From Anthoceros angustus (Eukaryota > Plantae > Anthocerotophyta): 64,000 bases of DNA. How positions within the stretch are numbered: the first letter of the stretch is position 1; each line of letters starts with the position of its first letter. The stretch is taken from the NCBI GenBank assembly GCA_010909165.1, contig MU008173.1, positions 744,001 through 808,000 on the forward strand. The letters are read 5' to 3'. The notes beneath the pieces were generated by a model. The model ran no database searches. It was not told where the DNA came from and saw only the letters and a list, made by a program, of their open reading frames with translations. This document shows, one piece after another, positions 62,704 through 64,000 of this stretch. A program made the translations under genes and the position numbers.

Positions 62704-64000
62704 ATGGCAGATTTGTTCCTCAATCTGAAACGCAACTCCTCCAACAAGCAGCAGCACCACCAACCTGAAAAGCGGAAAACCATCGTCACGGTCTGACCAA
62801 CCCCTCTATGTAACCACAGATTCCTCCACCCACAAAATCAGACCCACGTCCAATTTCCAAGTGACACCTACCCACGACAACACACCCCAACGTCCTGCAA
62901 CGGGAAGAGACGATAACCCAAATGAGAAGCAACAGGAAAATTGACACAACCAGCATGCAAGCCCATGAGCTCCTCGGAGATGGCCCCCTCACAGACCGGA
63001 CCACCACCAGGCTCAAGGGAAGCAGAACCCACATGAAACCGATTAAGCAATTGGCGCAGGGAAGCAGGGGGCGGGGGCTGGGGCTGGGGCAGAGCAGAGC
63101 AACGCGATCAGGCCGAGATGGGCGAAGGAAAGTACAAGGCCCAGGAAGCTGGCCATCCCAGAACGAAATTGCACAAAGAACGGGTCAATCAGAGCGGCAA
63201 ACGCAGCAAAGCAAGGGGCGGGATACGCGCGCTCACTCTGGTCGCTAATCCTGGGCAGCGATGCTTCAAAGAGTGGCCATGGCCGCAGGCTGTGCCGACG
63301 AAACAGACAAACGCTGAGCGAAGCAAGGAGAGAGGCAGTGGCGAAGAGTGGCCAGAAGCATTGCGTCAGAGGCTGAAGAAAAGTAAAAAACCGTGAATCG
63401 AAGTGCCTGGAAGTTGGAAACAGGAACGGCGGGGGGCGAGACGTCTCCGCCGTTTACTCGTTTACCCCCCACCGGACCGTTGGCCAGTGCCCGGCCTAGG
63501 CCAGCCCGCGGTTTGCCGTTTGGAAATGCGCGCGCCTGCGGCCCGTCCGCCCGTCCGCCCGAGGCCAGTCGGCCAGTCATTTCTCAACGGGATCTACCTT
63601 CGTTATATTCGCTTGCTCATCCTCCGCGCCACACGATGATAAAAGCTCCGCGATTACCGTACGGGAAAATGCGCATCACTCGTGGCGATACTGCCAGGCG
63701 ACCAATCACTGGGCCGCAAGTAACGGTTTATTGCCACCAAACGTATGAAGGGACTGTGGGCTGTACACGGCTTCCGGTTTCTTTCGTCCTTGGTCCGAGA
63801 AGAACTGGCGCATGAAACCAAGAACGTATCATCTCGCACTGCAGTGGAGAGCTGGCAACCATCCACTGGGGTTTCTGTCCTTGCTAGAAACGCAGGATCG
63901 GAGGCTACATTTCGGAGGAGGACATGAACCGTGTGGAAGTGGTGTCCAGGCTTCACCTCGCCCTGACGGTCCCACTCTTGTCGTTGTCGTTGTCGATGTG

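Noticed and set aside
62580-63050. U-box domain at the start of the ARM gene (AISEELM.. and CP motifs)
   Set aside because: The motif pieces fall in different frames and do not join the ARM frame by any splice I could find.
63570-64000. Start of another gene at the window edge
   Set aside because: Short ORFs without recognisable features; truncated by the window.

Overview
Plant nuclear DNA. The compact genes with short introns suggest a non-flowering land plant, but I cannot assign a species. The window has three parts. (1) 1-33796 is a head-to-tail array of a ~9.6-10.1 kb Athila-like Ty3/gypsy LTR retrotransposon. Neighbouring units share a single LTR (4 LTRs, 3 complete internal regions, 1 partial). 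Each unit carries gag-PR-RT-RH-INT plus a ~2 kb extra ORF before the LTR. All ORFs are broken by small indels that differ between copies, which may be long-read consensus error. The array ends cleanly on an LTR, inside the gag of a minus-strand Ty1/copia element. (2) 33797-37507 is a nest of copia remnants. (3) 38.8-64 kb is gene space: zeaxanthin epoxidase (+), NAD-isocitrate dehydrogenase catalytic subunit (-), ~10 kb of decayed repeats including a copia RT/RNaseH fragment, an intronless At3g50340/At5g67020-family gene with one frameshift (+), a Ycf49/DUF2499-like gene (+) and an ARM-repeat gene (-). No rRNA, intact tRNA or CRISPR array was found. Family assignments come from remembered motifs, not database searches.
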